Shown here piece by piece: positions 24,960 to 38,139 of a stretch of 64,000 nt of DNA (position 1 is its first letter; every line of letters starts with the position of its first letter). A program made the translations under genes and the position numbers. Below the pieces are notes generated by a model. That model saw only the letters and a program-made list of their open reading frames with translations, searched no databases and was not told the DNA's origin. This DNA comes from Lytechinus pictus (lineage: Eukaryota), in NCBI RefSeq assembly GCF_037042905.1, contig NC_087245.1, forward strand, positions 30,134,001 to 30,198,000. Reading direction: 5' to 3'.

Positions 24960-27046
24960 CACAACAAAAAAGGAAGTCCCCCCTAAATCAAATTGCTGTA
25001 ACTTTTGAACCGAACTATTTTGAGATATGATATTCCATAGGTGGTTTTCTACACTCATTAAGCAACTCCTGGGAAAATATGAGCTTTAAGATCGGTTGAG
25101 TCATGCATGAGTAATTAAAGATTGAATTAAAAATGACAATTTTTTAAAGTTACAATAGTCGTTTTTCAGTTTGTTCAAATACAAAGTTGGGCAAAAGTTG
25201 TTTTTAGGTGAATTTTATGATGTTATGCTGTTTTACGATCCATCATTCAACCACTTCAGACCAGATTTTTATATCGGATGTTCATGGTTGAGTGAGCACA
25301 ATGTATTGCAGGGGCTACGGAAGCGGGGGGATGGGCTTCAGCCCCCCATTTTTTCCCCAAAAGCATGTACAAAAATGTAAAAATGACCATACGAGTGTGA
25401 TTTTTTTTTGCATGGTCAGCCCCCCCCCTCACTTTTGGCTCTGTCCCCCCCTCTACTTTGAAAACTGTTCCGGGGCCCCTGTATTGTGACGTATCATCAT
25501 AGGGGTTTATGGTAGTATCCTTTACAACTTGTTAGATCATGTTAAAATGTGAAAATGTTGGTGGCTCCCCCGATTATAGGCCCCTCCCCCATTTTAAAGT
25601 TCTGCATGGATCCACCACTGATTTGTCCATACATTCAACTGATTCTGAGAAATTCTTAAAAAAATAATACATTTATGCAGTATAAAGAGTATTCATTTCT
25701 AAGTTTTCAATTGTGCTCGTTCAACCATGAAAATGTTCAAAGTTCGGAATGTGTGTGGTGATAGAATTGATGGATGATAAAAACAACAGCAAATAAAGCC
25801 ACATTTGAAACCAAATTTGCCCCCAATATTCACTTTATTACCCTTTAAAATGAGTCTGTGACATTGAAAATACCAATTTTCCCACTTTGATGCGTGCTCA
25901 CTCATCCATAAATAAACAAATCGATTTCATTTTTGCACAGAATTTGGCCCATAGGTTGATAAACATTACTGTCAAACGACATTGCTAAAGACAGCCTTGA
26001 AAAAAAGTTCCACCATATTGAATAAGGGGTTACCTATTCTTAAACATATGCACCCATAATGTACACAAGTCTATGAGAGAGGAAGTCAAAATTTTAACAA
26101 ATATGAAATGAGGGTTTGTTTCATGGACGATTTTTTTTACTTCTGCCAACAATTATTTCATGAAACTTTGCACATCGCTTCAGAGTAACACTATCCAAAA
26201 GGCGCGCACACCAAAATAACAATTTGATACGGCACAGAGTGGGGCCAAGGCCTTGAACTTTCTTCTCATTTGCATAATTTTCGAGTATTGTGTGTTCACT
26301 GATGCATTAAACATCGGGATTTTCATAAAAATCAAATCAAATGAACTATGCAAGGAGGTTTGTGACGGATATCAATAGTTACAAAGTGCATTTTTTCCAA
26401 TAACGCAAAAAAGAGCTAATCACATTCCACATGTTCATTCAAGCGTGAATGTTTAATTAAACGCCTTTGAATCATTGGAGCATGTTAATTGATCATGAAC
26501 ACAACGAAAAAGTTGAGAAAATATCATTTTCATTTACCAAAATAAAACAATACTTGCCTATGATATTTGAAAATCGTATTTATTGTTTTCAATAACCGTG
26601 AAACGATGAATACTGTTGAAGAAACTCTTCCCCAAAATAACTGTCATCATATTCTATCATTTTTATTGAAAGAAATGTGTAAAAAATCCAGTTATAGCAA
26701 ATTTTGACTTGTGTTTATTCAACCGTGAAATTTAGCCAAAAAAGTTGTATCGTCTTTTAGAAAGTACCTTTTACAAGCCTTCAGACTATTTTTCATGATG
26801 AGAATGTGGAATTAGTTCCAATAAAATGGAATTGAAGTCATGATATTTGGCTTGTGACTTTTGAAAAGTGACATTTTAGCCTTCTGTTGGTGCTCACTGA
26901 AGCATGACGTAAAATATGTCCATAACATTTACTTAGAGGGTAGCTTATGAAATTACCTACACGCTTATGTAAAAATATATTAAAATCTCGCATTGGTTCG
27001 GAAATTATTGATGTTTGTTTAAGGGGGGACGTATTTTTTTGTTGTG
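24960..27046. mobile_element. Non-autonomous TIR element (CAC...GTG, TA flanks)
   Basis: CACAACAAAAAAGGAAGTCCCCCCTAAA vs TTTAAGGGGGGACGTATTTTTTTGTTGTG. No ORF. Confidence 0.7.
25309..25481. mobile_element. Short CAGGGGC...GCCCCTG element with 5-bp TSD
   Basis: TATTG on both sides (25304-25308, 25482-25486). Related inverted copy at ~52713-52848. Confidence 0.65.
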
Positions 27047-27065
27047 TATATATATATATCTATCA

Positions 27066-27111
<46 letters not shown>

Positions 27112-28263
27112 ATGTCTGTCTCTCTTTTATCTATATGTCTGTCTCTCTATCTATATATCTGTCTCTCTATCTATCTATATGTCTATGTTTTATTAATATA
27201 ACCACCTATAATTTATCTCTCCATCCATCACTCCATCCATCTATATATATAATTATCTTTCTGTTTGATTATGTAAATCTGTTTGTCTATCTATTTTTCA
27301 ATATAATATCTGTTTAAATCTATCTATACGACAGACCACCTAATTCGTCCGCATGACGAATTAAAATCTAGTTTACATGTAGTTTTATGATTTGTTTATT
27401 ATAGTTGAGATGAGAGAAAAGGTCCTTATATAGAATCGTTACCGCCGATCATCAGTTCACATTGTTTTTGTAATATTTTGATTATACATATATCATATAC
27501 ATGTAAGTCAGTGTTGCTAAGTTTGATAACCACTGGAAGGAAAGTGTAGAAGGGTCGTACAGAAGTTAATTTATGATACTTTTAAAGGTTTTGGTATTAC
27601 TTTTGTAAGTAACAATTGTTTACAATAGTTGGGTTTTTACTGGTTGTTATGACCTGCTGGTGTAAAAAAAAAAATTATTTGTACGTTAGAAATTTGATAG
27701 TTTTAGTATGCCTAAAATTTATCGGTTTTATATTGTGCAGCTGTGTGTAGATCAGGCTGTTTGGTATACACTAGCTACTAATGATCGAATATTCTTGTCA
27801 CTGAGTTTTATTGGTCATTTTTCAGGATACGTAATTATTTTATAATATTTGATTGTTAATTTTTATGCAAATGTTTAAACACACAATTTCCAACGTACAG
27901 TATATGTTAAGGTTGTTTGGAAAAAATACATTGTTACGGTCATTACTTATATGCATTTTCCTACATGAGTTAATGTCGCTTGTAAACGATAACGTTGTTA
28001 AGTTTACTCATACTGGTTTGATTTTATTTCAGGCATCTGTTGTTCTTGTGCATACATTTTCATGAGAAGAGAAAATGAGTCACGCCAGTATGAGTTATTT
28101 TATATTTATAGCATCATGCCTCTTGGCGTTCTATACATGTTGTATGTGTTGTGCGCTTACGATGCTTTGTATTTTATGTTGAACGTTGACTCGGTCACGG
28201 TTGATTAAACTCATCCCAACCTATACTTGGATCGTCTGACGTTTCACTTTTTATGTTCTTGCG

Positions 28264-28915
28264 CTACCTGTCTTCAATTTTTTTTCTATGTAATTAAAAA
28301 AAAAAAATCATCATTGTGGACCTAATCCCTTTTGCAAGCAAACTGAAATGAATCCAATCTCTTTTTATTAAAAGAATGCTTTTTCTTTGCCACTTTCATT
28401 CACGTTTTCATTTGAATTTCAAATTGTCTTTGGAATCATCAAAGTGACTAAAAATTAAGAGGTTTAGAGACAGAAAGCAACAAAATTTATGAAAAATGGA
28501 TGTAACCCATTTTGAAAAATGAGTTGTTCGGAAGAGTTTAGTTCCAAAAGGGGTTAGGTCCACTCGAAGAATATAATTTTTTTTATTCTCCCATAATGCA
28601 ATATTCTTACGTGAAACTGAATTTTTATGATACCCTACAATGAGAACATGAAATTGGGTATATGAGAAATCGACCTGTCTTCATAGTTTTTAACATATTC
28701 TTTTCCCAAAAAAAATCTGTGTGGACCTAACCCCTTTTGCAACTAAACTGAAATGGACCTAACCCCTTTGAAAAAAGGTTATTTTTCTTTGCCATTTTAA
28801 TTCACTTTTTAATAGGAATTTCATCTTTTCTTTAGTATCATCTTATAGAGCTACTAAAAATCTATTCAACATAAAAATCAAATTTGATGAAAAATGGACC
28901 TAACCCCTTTTGCAA
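28264..28915. repeat. Repeat element with recurrent GGACCTAACCCCTTTTGCAA motif (host of the MULE-like and LTR-like insertions)
   Basis: Motif at ~28318, 28547 (inverted), 28723, 28755 and 28896. Contiguous with 9760-9862 and 14368-14420 once the insertions are removed. Confidence 0.7.
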
Positions 28916-30123
28916 GTGAGCTCTTCATAAACACGTTTCTTGCTCTCAGCTGAATGGTAAGATACGCTAACTTTGATTTTAACACTATAGACATGTAATG
29001 CCATATGAAGAAAAAGTAAAGATTGGTAGCCTAACCCCCCCCCCGGGCTGGGGGAGGGGGGGGGGGGGTAGTCAAATGTATCGATGTACACATGCGTGAC
29101 CAAATTATTTTCAAACACCCCCTGGACGAGTTTTTCTCTTTGTGCGAAATAACCCCCTAAACAAGTTTTGCGCGGGCTTCATTTGCACATTTTGGCCCCT
29201 AAACAAGTTGTCGCCAGAATATGACGCTGAAAAACAAGTTTTGGCCACTTGCTAACAAGTATAAGCTTAGATAAACAAAACTACATTCATGTGTATTGCA
29301 TGCCCCCAGTGCAGTTAAGGTTAAAATATCACAATCGGGAAGAACCCGAACACTTCTCAGAAACGACGAGGAAAAATCCCTGGGGAAAAATACCCTAAAT
29401 ACGGTTAGACCCCGCGATTTACCAGTCTTTCAAAACCACTTTTTTTTTTGGGGGGGGGGGGGGAAATTGGTGTTGGTGTCACGCGAAATTTTTTGACCGC
29501 GCCACTCTCTGACTTTTTACTTTCAAGTCTCGCGCAACTTTTGAGACCAATTTAGTCCAGTCATTTTAGCCCAAATTTTGACCAAAATTGGAACAAATTT
29601 CCACATAATTTTTTTCACCACAATACATTTCTGTGAGGGCCCTAGTACAACATACTAAAAGTCCCAAACTATCCCAATAGGGGAAAGGCATCTAATTTGC
29701 ATAAACCCAAGATGGCTGCCAAAATTAATTGATATGCCTTATTCTTAATATTTTTGTACAGGTAATGGAAAATCTCGAAATGAATACACTATTCACTATG
29801 ATTAAGATACTCGAAATCGATTGCAATCATTTTCGGGACTGTCCGGTTAATAATTTTCGAAAAATGAGAGAATTTATGCCAAAATTTCCATGTTTTCGGT
29901 CTAAAATTTGCATGTGCGTTGATATATTTCTGTTTTATCATTAGCATCAACAACTAATGCAAAATATCAGCATTCGACAAGAAAGGGGATATATCAACGA
30001 GAAAACTGATATGCTTCATAACAGTATTAATGTCTTTACTTGCTTAGATTAAAAACAAGTACATCCGATTGTATTAGTCGATATTGCAGTAAAGTGACAC
30101 CAAAAATCAACCTCCGTGTCTTA

Positions 30124-30945
30124 GGGTGCGTTTATCCGCCACTTTTTTACCCTAGAATCATGATCTGAATCATGATTCAAATCATGATTCTGCAGAATCA
30201 CGATTGCGTTTAGTCGAAATTGAATATAATCATGATTAGAATCACAAACATGAAACACGAAAAAAGGGGCGTTTGGAAAGACGTTTCTGCAGAATCACGT
30301 ACGAAAATGTTCGAATAAACGATATCGTGATTACAATCATGATTCTATGACCTCACTGTTGTGTCGGGCTACTTTCGGTTTGACTCTTGCCAAGCTCAAG
30401 GCGCTCTATATGCTCATTGTATGAACATGATTATGTACTACGCATGCATTTCTTGTCATGTTCAAGTTCTGTGTTGGTCATCGCATCGTCCACTACTTTT
30501 CATTTTTTGGTCATGTCTTCAACTTCAAGTTCTAGTAAATGAATTAACTGGACAGACAATGATCTCAGTTGTTGTTGAGTATACAGTATCAATATTAAAT
30601 TGGATCTACGCTGAAATTCACTTCCGAACACCATTTTGGATAAACTTACAAGATGAATAGAAGCATATGGACCCTATATGATAGAAGTAAACAAAATGAG
30701 GTATAAACTGAATTCTGGAAGCAAAAGATTTTTCGAGCGCCGAAACACGTGCGAAAAATTTCCTCTGTCAAACTGCGCACTAGTGATGCGCACTGGATTG
30801 GCCCGAATCTGAGGAGAAACAGCATTGGAATGAAGGTCGTCTAGACGCTGATTCTGTGATATTGTGATTCATGTTTGTGTTTTGAATCATGATTCAAATT
30901 ATGATTCAAATCATGATTCTGGCTTTAGGTCGCATAAACGCAGCC
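30124..30945. mobile_element. PIF/Harbinger-type MITE
   Basis: TTA|GGGTGCGTTTAT ... ATAAACGCAGCC|TTA. Subterminal AATCATGATT repeats. Confidence 0.8.
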
Positions 30946-31269
30946 TTAGTCACACATCATGATATCGACTACAACGCGATCACTGGCATGCCTTTATGAG
31001 AGTACAATATATTAATTCGGTCTTGCCTCGCCTTTGTTGATGTGACCAACACGGATAAATACATGTGTGCGTATAGCGATAGAAAGGTGTATATTACTTA
31101 AATTGTTATGTGGGAAAAGGGCCTTTTCTACATATTAAAGCAACTTACTGTTAATGAAATCTCATGGAAAAATAGAGGATGCATTGCTCTGCATACTGCA
31201 AGCAATTACGTTCAAGAACATTAAAGCATAGTCCCGCAATAGCCTGTCGAATTTACCCCCTTATCCGTA

Positions 31270-32750
31270 GTTTAACTATTAAAATTATATGGTTTTTAGA
31301 GCCCCCAATGTGACAAAGTGGTATTTTGCTACAGAGAAAAACAACTTTTATTGTCTTGAAATCACTTGGAAGCAAAAGAGTAGGCTTTTCTCTTTCAGTT
31401 ACATATAAAGAAGTGATGGCACTGCAAATTCTGCCGAAGGCACCAACCCCTTTTTGTATTTTGCCCATTTCTCGGAAAATTCGCCTCTTTAGCCCCATTG
31501 AGACAAAAGGCATTTCCCCCTTTGCAGTAAACCACTTTAATTGTTTTGTAAGCACGATGAAAAAGAAAAATATTTCCTCTATCCGCTAAATATAAAAAAG
31601 TGCTGGCACAGCAAAGCCTATCCCCTGCTGGGTTTGCCAAAGTCACTCACCCCTTTTCCATATTTTGCCAATTTATGGAAAAAGCTGTAAATCCGGAGCC
31701 CTCAATGAGGCAAAAAAGGGTCCTACTATAGTGTAAGCCACTTTTATTGTTTTAAAACCATTTGGAAACGAAAGAGTAGCCTTTCCTCTATCTGCTTCGT
31801 AAAAGAAGTGCTGGCATATCGAAGCCTACATCCTTTAGGGGGCTGTCGAAATCACCCCACCCCTTTTGCGTATTTTGCCCATTTCTTGGAAAATTTGTCA
31901 CTTTGGAGCCCCATTGATGTAAAAGGCGTTTCCCCTTTTGCAGTAGACCACTGTTATTGTTTTGTAACCACTTGGAGATAACAAAATAAGATTTTCCTCC
32001 ATCAGCTACCTACAAAGAAGTGCTTGCACAGCGAACCCTACCTCTCAGGGTTTTGCCGAAGTCACCCACCCCTTTTCCATATTTTTCCAATTTATGGAAA
32101 AAATCTACCAATCCGGAGCCCCCAATGATGCCAAAAATTTTTCTGATATATAGCAAACCACTATCATTGTTCCGTAACCTCTTAGAGATAAAATAGTAGA
32201 TTTTCCTCTATCAGCTGCATATAAAGATGTGCTGGCCCAGCAGAGCCTACCCCCACATGCAGGCGGATTCCCGAAATCTCCCCACCCTTTTTGCCTATTT
32301 TCCCTCCTTATTAATTTTTAATTCATGGGGGGGGGTCTGGCAATTTGGAGCCTTTATTTAAGCAAAACGTAGATTCTGCTCTTTAGCAAACCTCTATCAT
32401 TATTTCGTAACCACTTGGAGATAGAAATTAGAGTAGATTTTCCTCTATCTGCTACATATATCGAAGTGCTGGCTCAGCAAAGCCTACCCCCTCGGGGGTT
32501 CCCGAAGTCTCCCCACCCTTTTTGCCTATTTTCCCATTTTATCAAAACAAAATCGCAGTTTTTGCCCCCCTCCCCTATTCAGGCAAAAGGCATTTCTGTT
32601 ATATGGTAAAGTCACTTTTCTTATTTGGAACCACTTAAAAATGAATAGGTTTTGTCTATCAGCGCATCGACCCCTACCCTCTTCAGGGGCTCCAAACTGG
32701 CAGGTTTTCCCCCACAAATTGGCAAAATACGGAAAAGGGGTGAGTGACTT
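31270..32750 (-). repeat. Second array of the ~185-bp tandem family, inverted relative to 5150-6680
   Basis: Recurrent GGAGCCCCATTGAGGCAAAA, the reverse complement of the 5-6.7 kb motif. Confidence 0.8.
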
Positions 32751-34130
32751 CGGTAGTTTAATAGTAGTATAAAGTGATGTGGCAGTTCTAATAGATATAT
32801 TTCATTTTTCTCTTGAACTATGAGATCGAGCAGGCAGAAAATGTCATTATTTTGGTGCACAACGTCAAATGACTAGCACTTGATAGTTTCCGTGCCTAGA
32901 CCCTTTCATGTTAAACAATTAATACAGTCCAAACAGAATCGAATTTATGCTTTTAATGTTAATAGTAACAATTTTCTTGTAGTATAAATCTTTGCTTACT
33001 GATATTTATGATATAGCTATAGTTCGAGGAGGCCAACGTTTACAGTAGTATCGAGTCCGGAATTGATATGATTTGCAATCGGGTCTGAGTACATAGTATA
33101 CACTAGCGTCGTCTGCTACGTGAACTAAGTGAGCAAATATGACCAAAACTAACCATTATATTTATGCAAATTAGAACACTTTCCCCTATTCGGATTTTCT
33201 TGGACTTTTAATATGGTCTTCTATCGACATCAAAGAAATGATCTGCATTGGAATAAATTCTGTTGCAATTTGTTCCAAGTGAAAGGTTAAAATGACTGGG
33301 CTAATTTTGCAACGCCTGGGTACGCGGTTCCGAAATTACTCAACATTTTGTAAGTGCATTTCAGGCCTGAAATTGCTCAAAAACGTGATTCCGTGTACAA
33401 AGTCAATGCAAATTGTGTTTTCAACCAAAAATCATAAATGTATGATTATTTTTACGTTTGTTGGTTTAAATGGATTTATTTTATGCTATTTATGATCGCA
33501 AAAGGGTCCCCGACAAAGTTCATGGTGGAAAAACAAAGGTTTGAAAAAACAAAGAAATACATAAGAATAAAAAAAAATACATGAGAAATTAATTATACTT
33601 TTGCATTTTTGTAGATATTTGTTACAAATGTGAGAATTGATACCCCTACCAAAATATTAGCATTCTACTAGCTATATAAATTGAGTTAAAGGCAAAAACA
33701 TATACAACAACCAAATTTAGGGCAAATTTCATACACGTATTTGCATAATTAATTAATGTTTTTTTTTATTTTTTTTAATTCTAATGCAGTCTTGTAGTTT
33801 ACATCCGCCTATACGCGTGTGCAGTATTTGTGCAATCAGCGGCCGAGGGGGGGGGGGAGGTCAAATTGACCCCTCAGTATATACTGGTCTGAAAGCTCAG
33901 TTAAGATAGGATTTAACTTTTTTTGTCACGCATGTGTATAGCAATATATTTGACTGCCCCTGACCTAATCCCTCACAATTTAAAGTAAATACCATTTCAC
34001 GGTTTACAATACACACGAACAAAAGAGAAAAGGCAACACAATTTGTCTTGATCCAGTAACACAGACATGTGGGACCCCACTAAAGGCACCTCGCCTCTAT
34101 GTCTGCACTTGCTTTTTATCTCATACTTAC

Positions 34131-34502
34131 CATTATCCAGTTGACACTGAACATGCAGCACAAAATTCGCTTTTTCGGGTATGGAATTGCTATGGAATAT
34201 CATTGCAGTTCTAAACTCTAGCCACATATGAGACGAATCTACGAAAAAGTATTGCAATTCCTTGTAGAAATGATCGGAATGAAAGGTGTGTTGACGGAAA
34301 GAGGGAGAATCAAGAATAACAGTAAGGGGGTTTTCACCCCCATAAGAAAGTCGTTTGTCCAGAAGGTATGCACCAATATTGCATGCCATGTCTGCATCGA
34401 CTCTCCAAAGAAAGTTCATGGGGACGAGGTGGTCGGGACTCAGAGTTACTTCTGTCATCTCACTTAACGCATTGGGTAGTATGACGACATCAGGTCTCCG
34501 TT
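34131..34502 (-). CDS. Internal coding exon, divergent CUB-like domain
   Basis: Polypyrimidine tract plus ataacag|AA CGG AGA, donor GAT AAT G|gtaagt. 372 bp, phase 1-1. Peptide ...FLWRVDADMACNIGAYL...SSHMWLEFRT...FVLHVQCQLDN. Confidence 0.8.
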
Positions 34503-35407
34503 CTGTTATGCAGTCAAGAAAAGAGGAGAAAAGAGATGTGAAAAAAAAGGTTAGCACTAAAAGGAGCACAAAACACTTGAAACCAGTTGAATTCATATAA
34601 AACATAAAATTAAAGAGAGAGATCAATGGCAGTTTGAGGAAGATTGAACAATAAGAAAGATGTGAACATTTGAATATTGAGATCACTAATGCTATCGATA
34701 AATATTCTCCTACATCTACATATTCCTCATTAAGTTACATATTTCATGCGAGTTCCACATGGAAACCTACTTGGTATTTTGTTATTAATTATGTACATAA
34801 ATAGATATAATGGATCATCCGATATTCTATAAATCTGATTTTATTAACAAACGATTCTAAGTTATTTTATTATGAACCAAAAACGCTTCTTTCTGCCTTA
34901 AATCTTGAACTGAAACATGGAGTGGAATGGTTTAAAGTAAAAAAAAAAATACATTACTTTTAAATCCTACAAACATTTACTAATACTTTGCAAAATCTGC
35001 CTAGAGACATCAGTTTGGACGACACGCCTGTCAATATAGTGTCTCGTCAATCAAATTATTAGGGTTCATGATTGACAATAAATTGAAAATAGGATCCCCG
35101 ATATACGGGTAACATACGGTGAAGGAGCTCTCTCTGCCGTAGCACATCCACTGAGATTTATTTTGAAGTTTTATCGCTACTTTGTCAGTCCTTGGCATTA
35201 TGACACTCGTCTAAACTCTCCGATACTTTTTTTTGCGTCTCGGAATGGAATATTTCAAGATAGACGGCGCGATATTAATGTTTGTTGATATTGCTATCAT
35301 TGTTAATATTACTAAATAGGTTCATTATTGCGGATTGTTAATATTATCATCCTTTTACCCAGCGATCCATACGTAAATTCAAATGAATAGCCAAATCGAT
35401 CCGTTAC

Positions 35408-35518
35408 CTTCCTGGCAGTTGATACCGGTATACCATGTGTCACAGAGGCAGGAATACCCTCCTACAAGATTGGAGCATTCACTTCTAGGACCACAGGGGT
35501 TTCTCGAGTCACAAATGT
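35408..35518 (-). CDS. Internal coding exon, EGF-like domain
   Basis: Acceptor atttcag|AC ATT TGT and donor CAG GAA G|gtaacg. 111 bp, phase 1-1. Peptide ICDSRNPCGPRSECSNLVGGYSCLCDTWYTGINCQE. Confidence 0.92.
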
Positions 35519-35635
35519 CTGAAATATCGAAATTTTCATGATATATTTTTCATGTCGTTCCATAAATAACAATTAAAATTAAAATAACAAAGTGGTTTCT
35601 GTTTTAAACTTGATTACATGTTTCTTTTTGGACCA

Positions 35636-35713
<78 letters not shown>

Positions 35714-36584
35714 ATTATTTTTTTTTTTGTTCTGGTAAATTTAGAATGACTTTATCTTTGCATTAATTTGATAATACTTTGAAATTATTGGTTTGCGTCA
35801 CCTTATTATCATGATTGTAAAATAATATGATATATATATATATATTATTCAAATATATCAGGCTTTGAGAAAGTATTGTGGGAATTATTTATCCGAGGTT
35901 GGACTGGCAATCAATATTTTCTCCGATATTGCCAGTCCAACCGAGTTTTATATCCCTCTTTGACTTGTAGACCTTGCTGATACATAGCCAATCTAGATCA
36001 ATGTCAGCGTTGCCAGACCTAGTCCTAGTCTTTCAATGTAGGCCTGCCGAGTTAATGCTTTCTGGGTAGACTGCGCGCGGCTTCTACCCGACTGCAGGCC
36101 CACTACGCCGCTGCAGTTGCAGAGTTGCACTCAAAATCAAATTGTAAACGCGCAGGCTAACTAACGGATCTTGACTCGCCTTGTTACTTGGTAGGTATAA
36201 TTTGAATAATCCTGTACGAAAGGCCGTCATGGAATTAAGTTTTATGCATGATAATCTAGACCCGATTCCACACTGAATTTTATTTTCAGATTTTCAGTAA
36301 TTTAAGCTAGAGCTTGTATTTTATTTTGTTAATTTATTTTTGTGGATATCGGGTCAGGAAGCATGCATAGTACAACATTGAGGAACATATCGAACATGAG
36401 CATGCGCAGTTCTCCCCATGATAGTATATCGAAAAAATATACGGAACTAGAAGAAAACTATAAGGAGCTATTTGCAGCAATGTGCTTCCTTATTGAAATT
36501 ATACTTTGTCACATGATCGCGAATTGACCAATCGTTTATCTAGAATACTCATGAATATTCATAAGAGGGATATGCGTATATATA

Positions 36585-37237
36585 TCGTCGGCGGTCATCC
36601 GAACCGTCGTATCCACATACGACGGTTGAAAACCCATTTCAGAGAAAATCGACTTCAAAGTTACTATAACTTTCACACTTAGTTCTCCGGGCTTACAACA
36701 TATTCATTGCTAGAAAAATACATGGTTAGAAAGACCAAGACAATTGCTTGACAATGGTATTCTTATCTTTGCACACAACCAAGGATTATAGAAAATATCG
36801 CAAAAGAGCTCCATACTTGTAATTTCGGTTTGAGCGGTTTAGATTTCCCCTGTACAAAAACGCCATAGGGAAAACAACAACCCTGACCGCGATTTGAATG
36901 CGCGCGGTCAGTCAAAACGTCGTATCGCTTTTCACGTGCAGCGCAGATGGCCGATACGACAGTTTGGTTGACCGCGCGCACTGAAATCGCGGTCAGTCAA
37001 AATGTCGTATCGCTCTGTTACAGTACACGTTTCCAATGGGATTTGCGCATTTTATTAAAAAATTGTATGTCATGGCGCCGTGAAAATTCCATCATATCTC
37101 ACAAACTAAAATAAATTGCTGCCTAGAAATTCATTTATGAATAGAATAGGACTTGTACATTAATTTTCTGCAAAAATCTCAAAATCGACTTTTTGACCAA
37201 AATTGACTGATACGACGGTTCGGATGAACGCCGACGA
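36585..37237. mobile_element. MITE with ~30-bp TIR in TA tracts
   Basis: TCGTCGGCGGTCATCCGAACCGTCGTATC ... GATACGACGGTTCGGATGAACGCCGACGA. Confidence 0.8.
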
Positions 37238-37260
37238 TATATATATATATATATATATAT

Positions 37261-38075
37261 AGTGCGTCCCAGAATAAACGAAACCGAGATTTAGCGATGA
37301 TTTATCATAACTTAATCATAAATACAATATACAAATGTCCTATCAATGTAAAGCTTAGAATCTCCTCTTTCATCTGATATTACTTAGATTATTTTTCATT
37401 CACGCATGAGTGAGCAAAAACAATTTGAATAAAGGATACCAAAAACTCATTTGGCGGGGGGTATCTGAATTTCAAAAAGAAAATCACATGCCTAAAAAGT
37501 TCAATATCTGCTCATTCAATTGATACCTTAATCACAAAAAATGGTCCAGAAGTAAAAAAGTTATGTTCCCTCGAAACAAAGCTTGTATTTCCATACTTTC
37601 ATTAAATAAACTTGTTTTCACCGGTTTCCCACAGAAGCTTTCGCTCGGTTAACAAAAGACTTAGTGCATGGCTGATCTTCAACAAAACGGAGTGTCGAGT
37701 GAGTTTGAACGCTAGCCTGTAAAACCTCTTCATTCTATGAAATTATTGAAATTCAAGCCTTATTTCAAATAACCAGAACTTTCTTATTTCTTGACCATTT
37801 TCTGTAATTGAGGTATCAAATTAAAGAGCAGATATTGAATTTTTAGAAAATGTGTTTTTTGTTTTGAAACCCAGATACAGCCCGCCAAATGACTTTTCGT
37901 TATCCCCTCTTCAAATTGTTTTTGCTCACTCATGCGTGAATGAAAAATGATCTAAGTAATTCCAGATGAAAGAGGAGATTCTAAGCTTTACAATGGTAGG
38001 TCATTTGTCTATTGTATTTGTGATTAAGTTATGATAAATTATTGATAAATCTCGGTTTCGTTTTTTGTGGGACGC
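37261..38075. mobile_element. Second copy of the Tc1/mariner MITE (inverted relative to 24155-24953), ends eroded
   Basis: AGTGCGTCCCAGAATAAACGAAACCGAG ... CTCGGTTTCGTTTTTTGTGGGACGCA, flanked by (TA)n. Confidence 0.85.
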
Positions 38076-38083
38076 AAAATAAT

Positions 38084-38139
<56 letters not shown>

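Larger units (their letters stand above)
21458..27371 (+). mobile_element. Helentron-associated non-autonomous element (HINE/DINE-1-like) with nested MITEs
   Basis: 5' subTIR TTAGGTGGTCTGTC (21463-21476) with an adjacent partial inverted copy. Internal (CTAT)n tract. 3' subTIR GACAGACCACCTAA (27330-27343), hairpin AATTCGTC-cgcat-GACGAATT, terminal CTAG, T-rich flanks. Confidence 0.8.
14420..28263 (+). mobile_element. Non-autonomous LTR-retrotransposon-like element with nested insertions
   Basis: Direct terminal repeats at 14420-14614 and 28083-28263. PBS-like TGGTGTCA directly after the 5' repeat and purine tract GAGAAGAGAAAA (28064-28075) before the 3' repeat. CTA(C) duplicated at both junctions. 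Protease-derived ORF inside. Confidence 0.75.
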
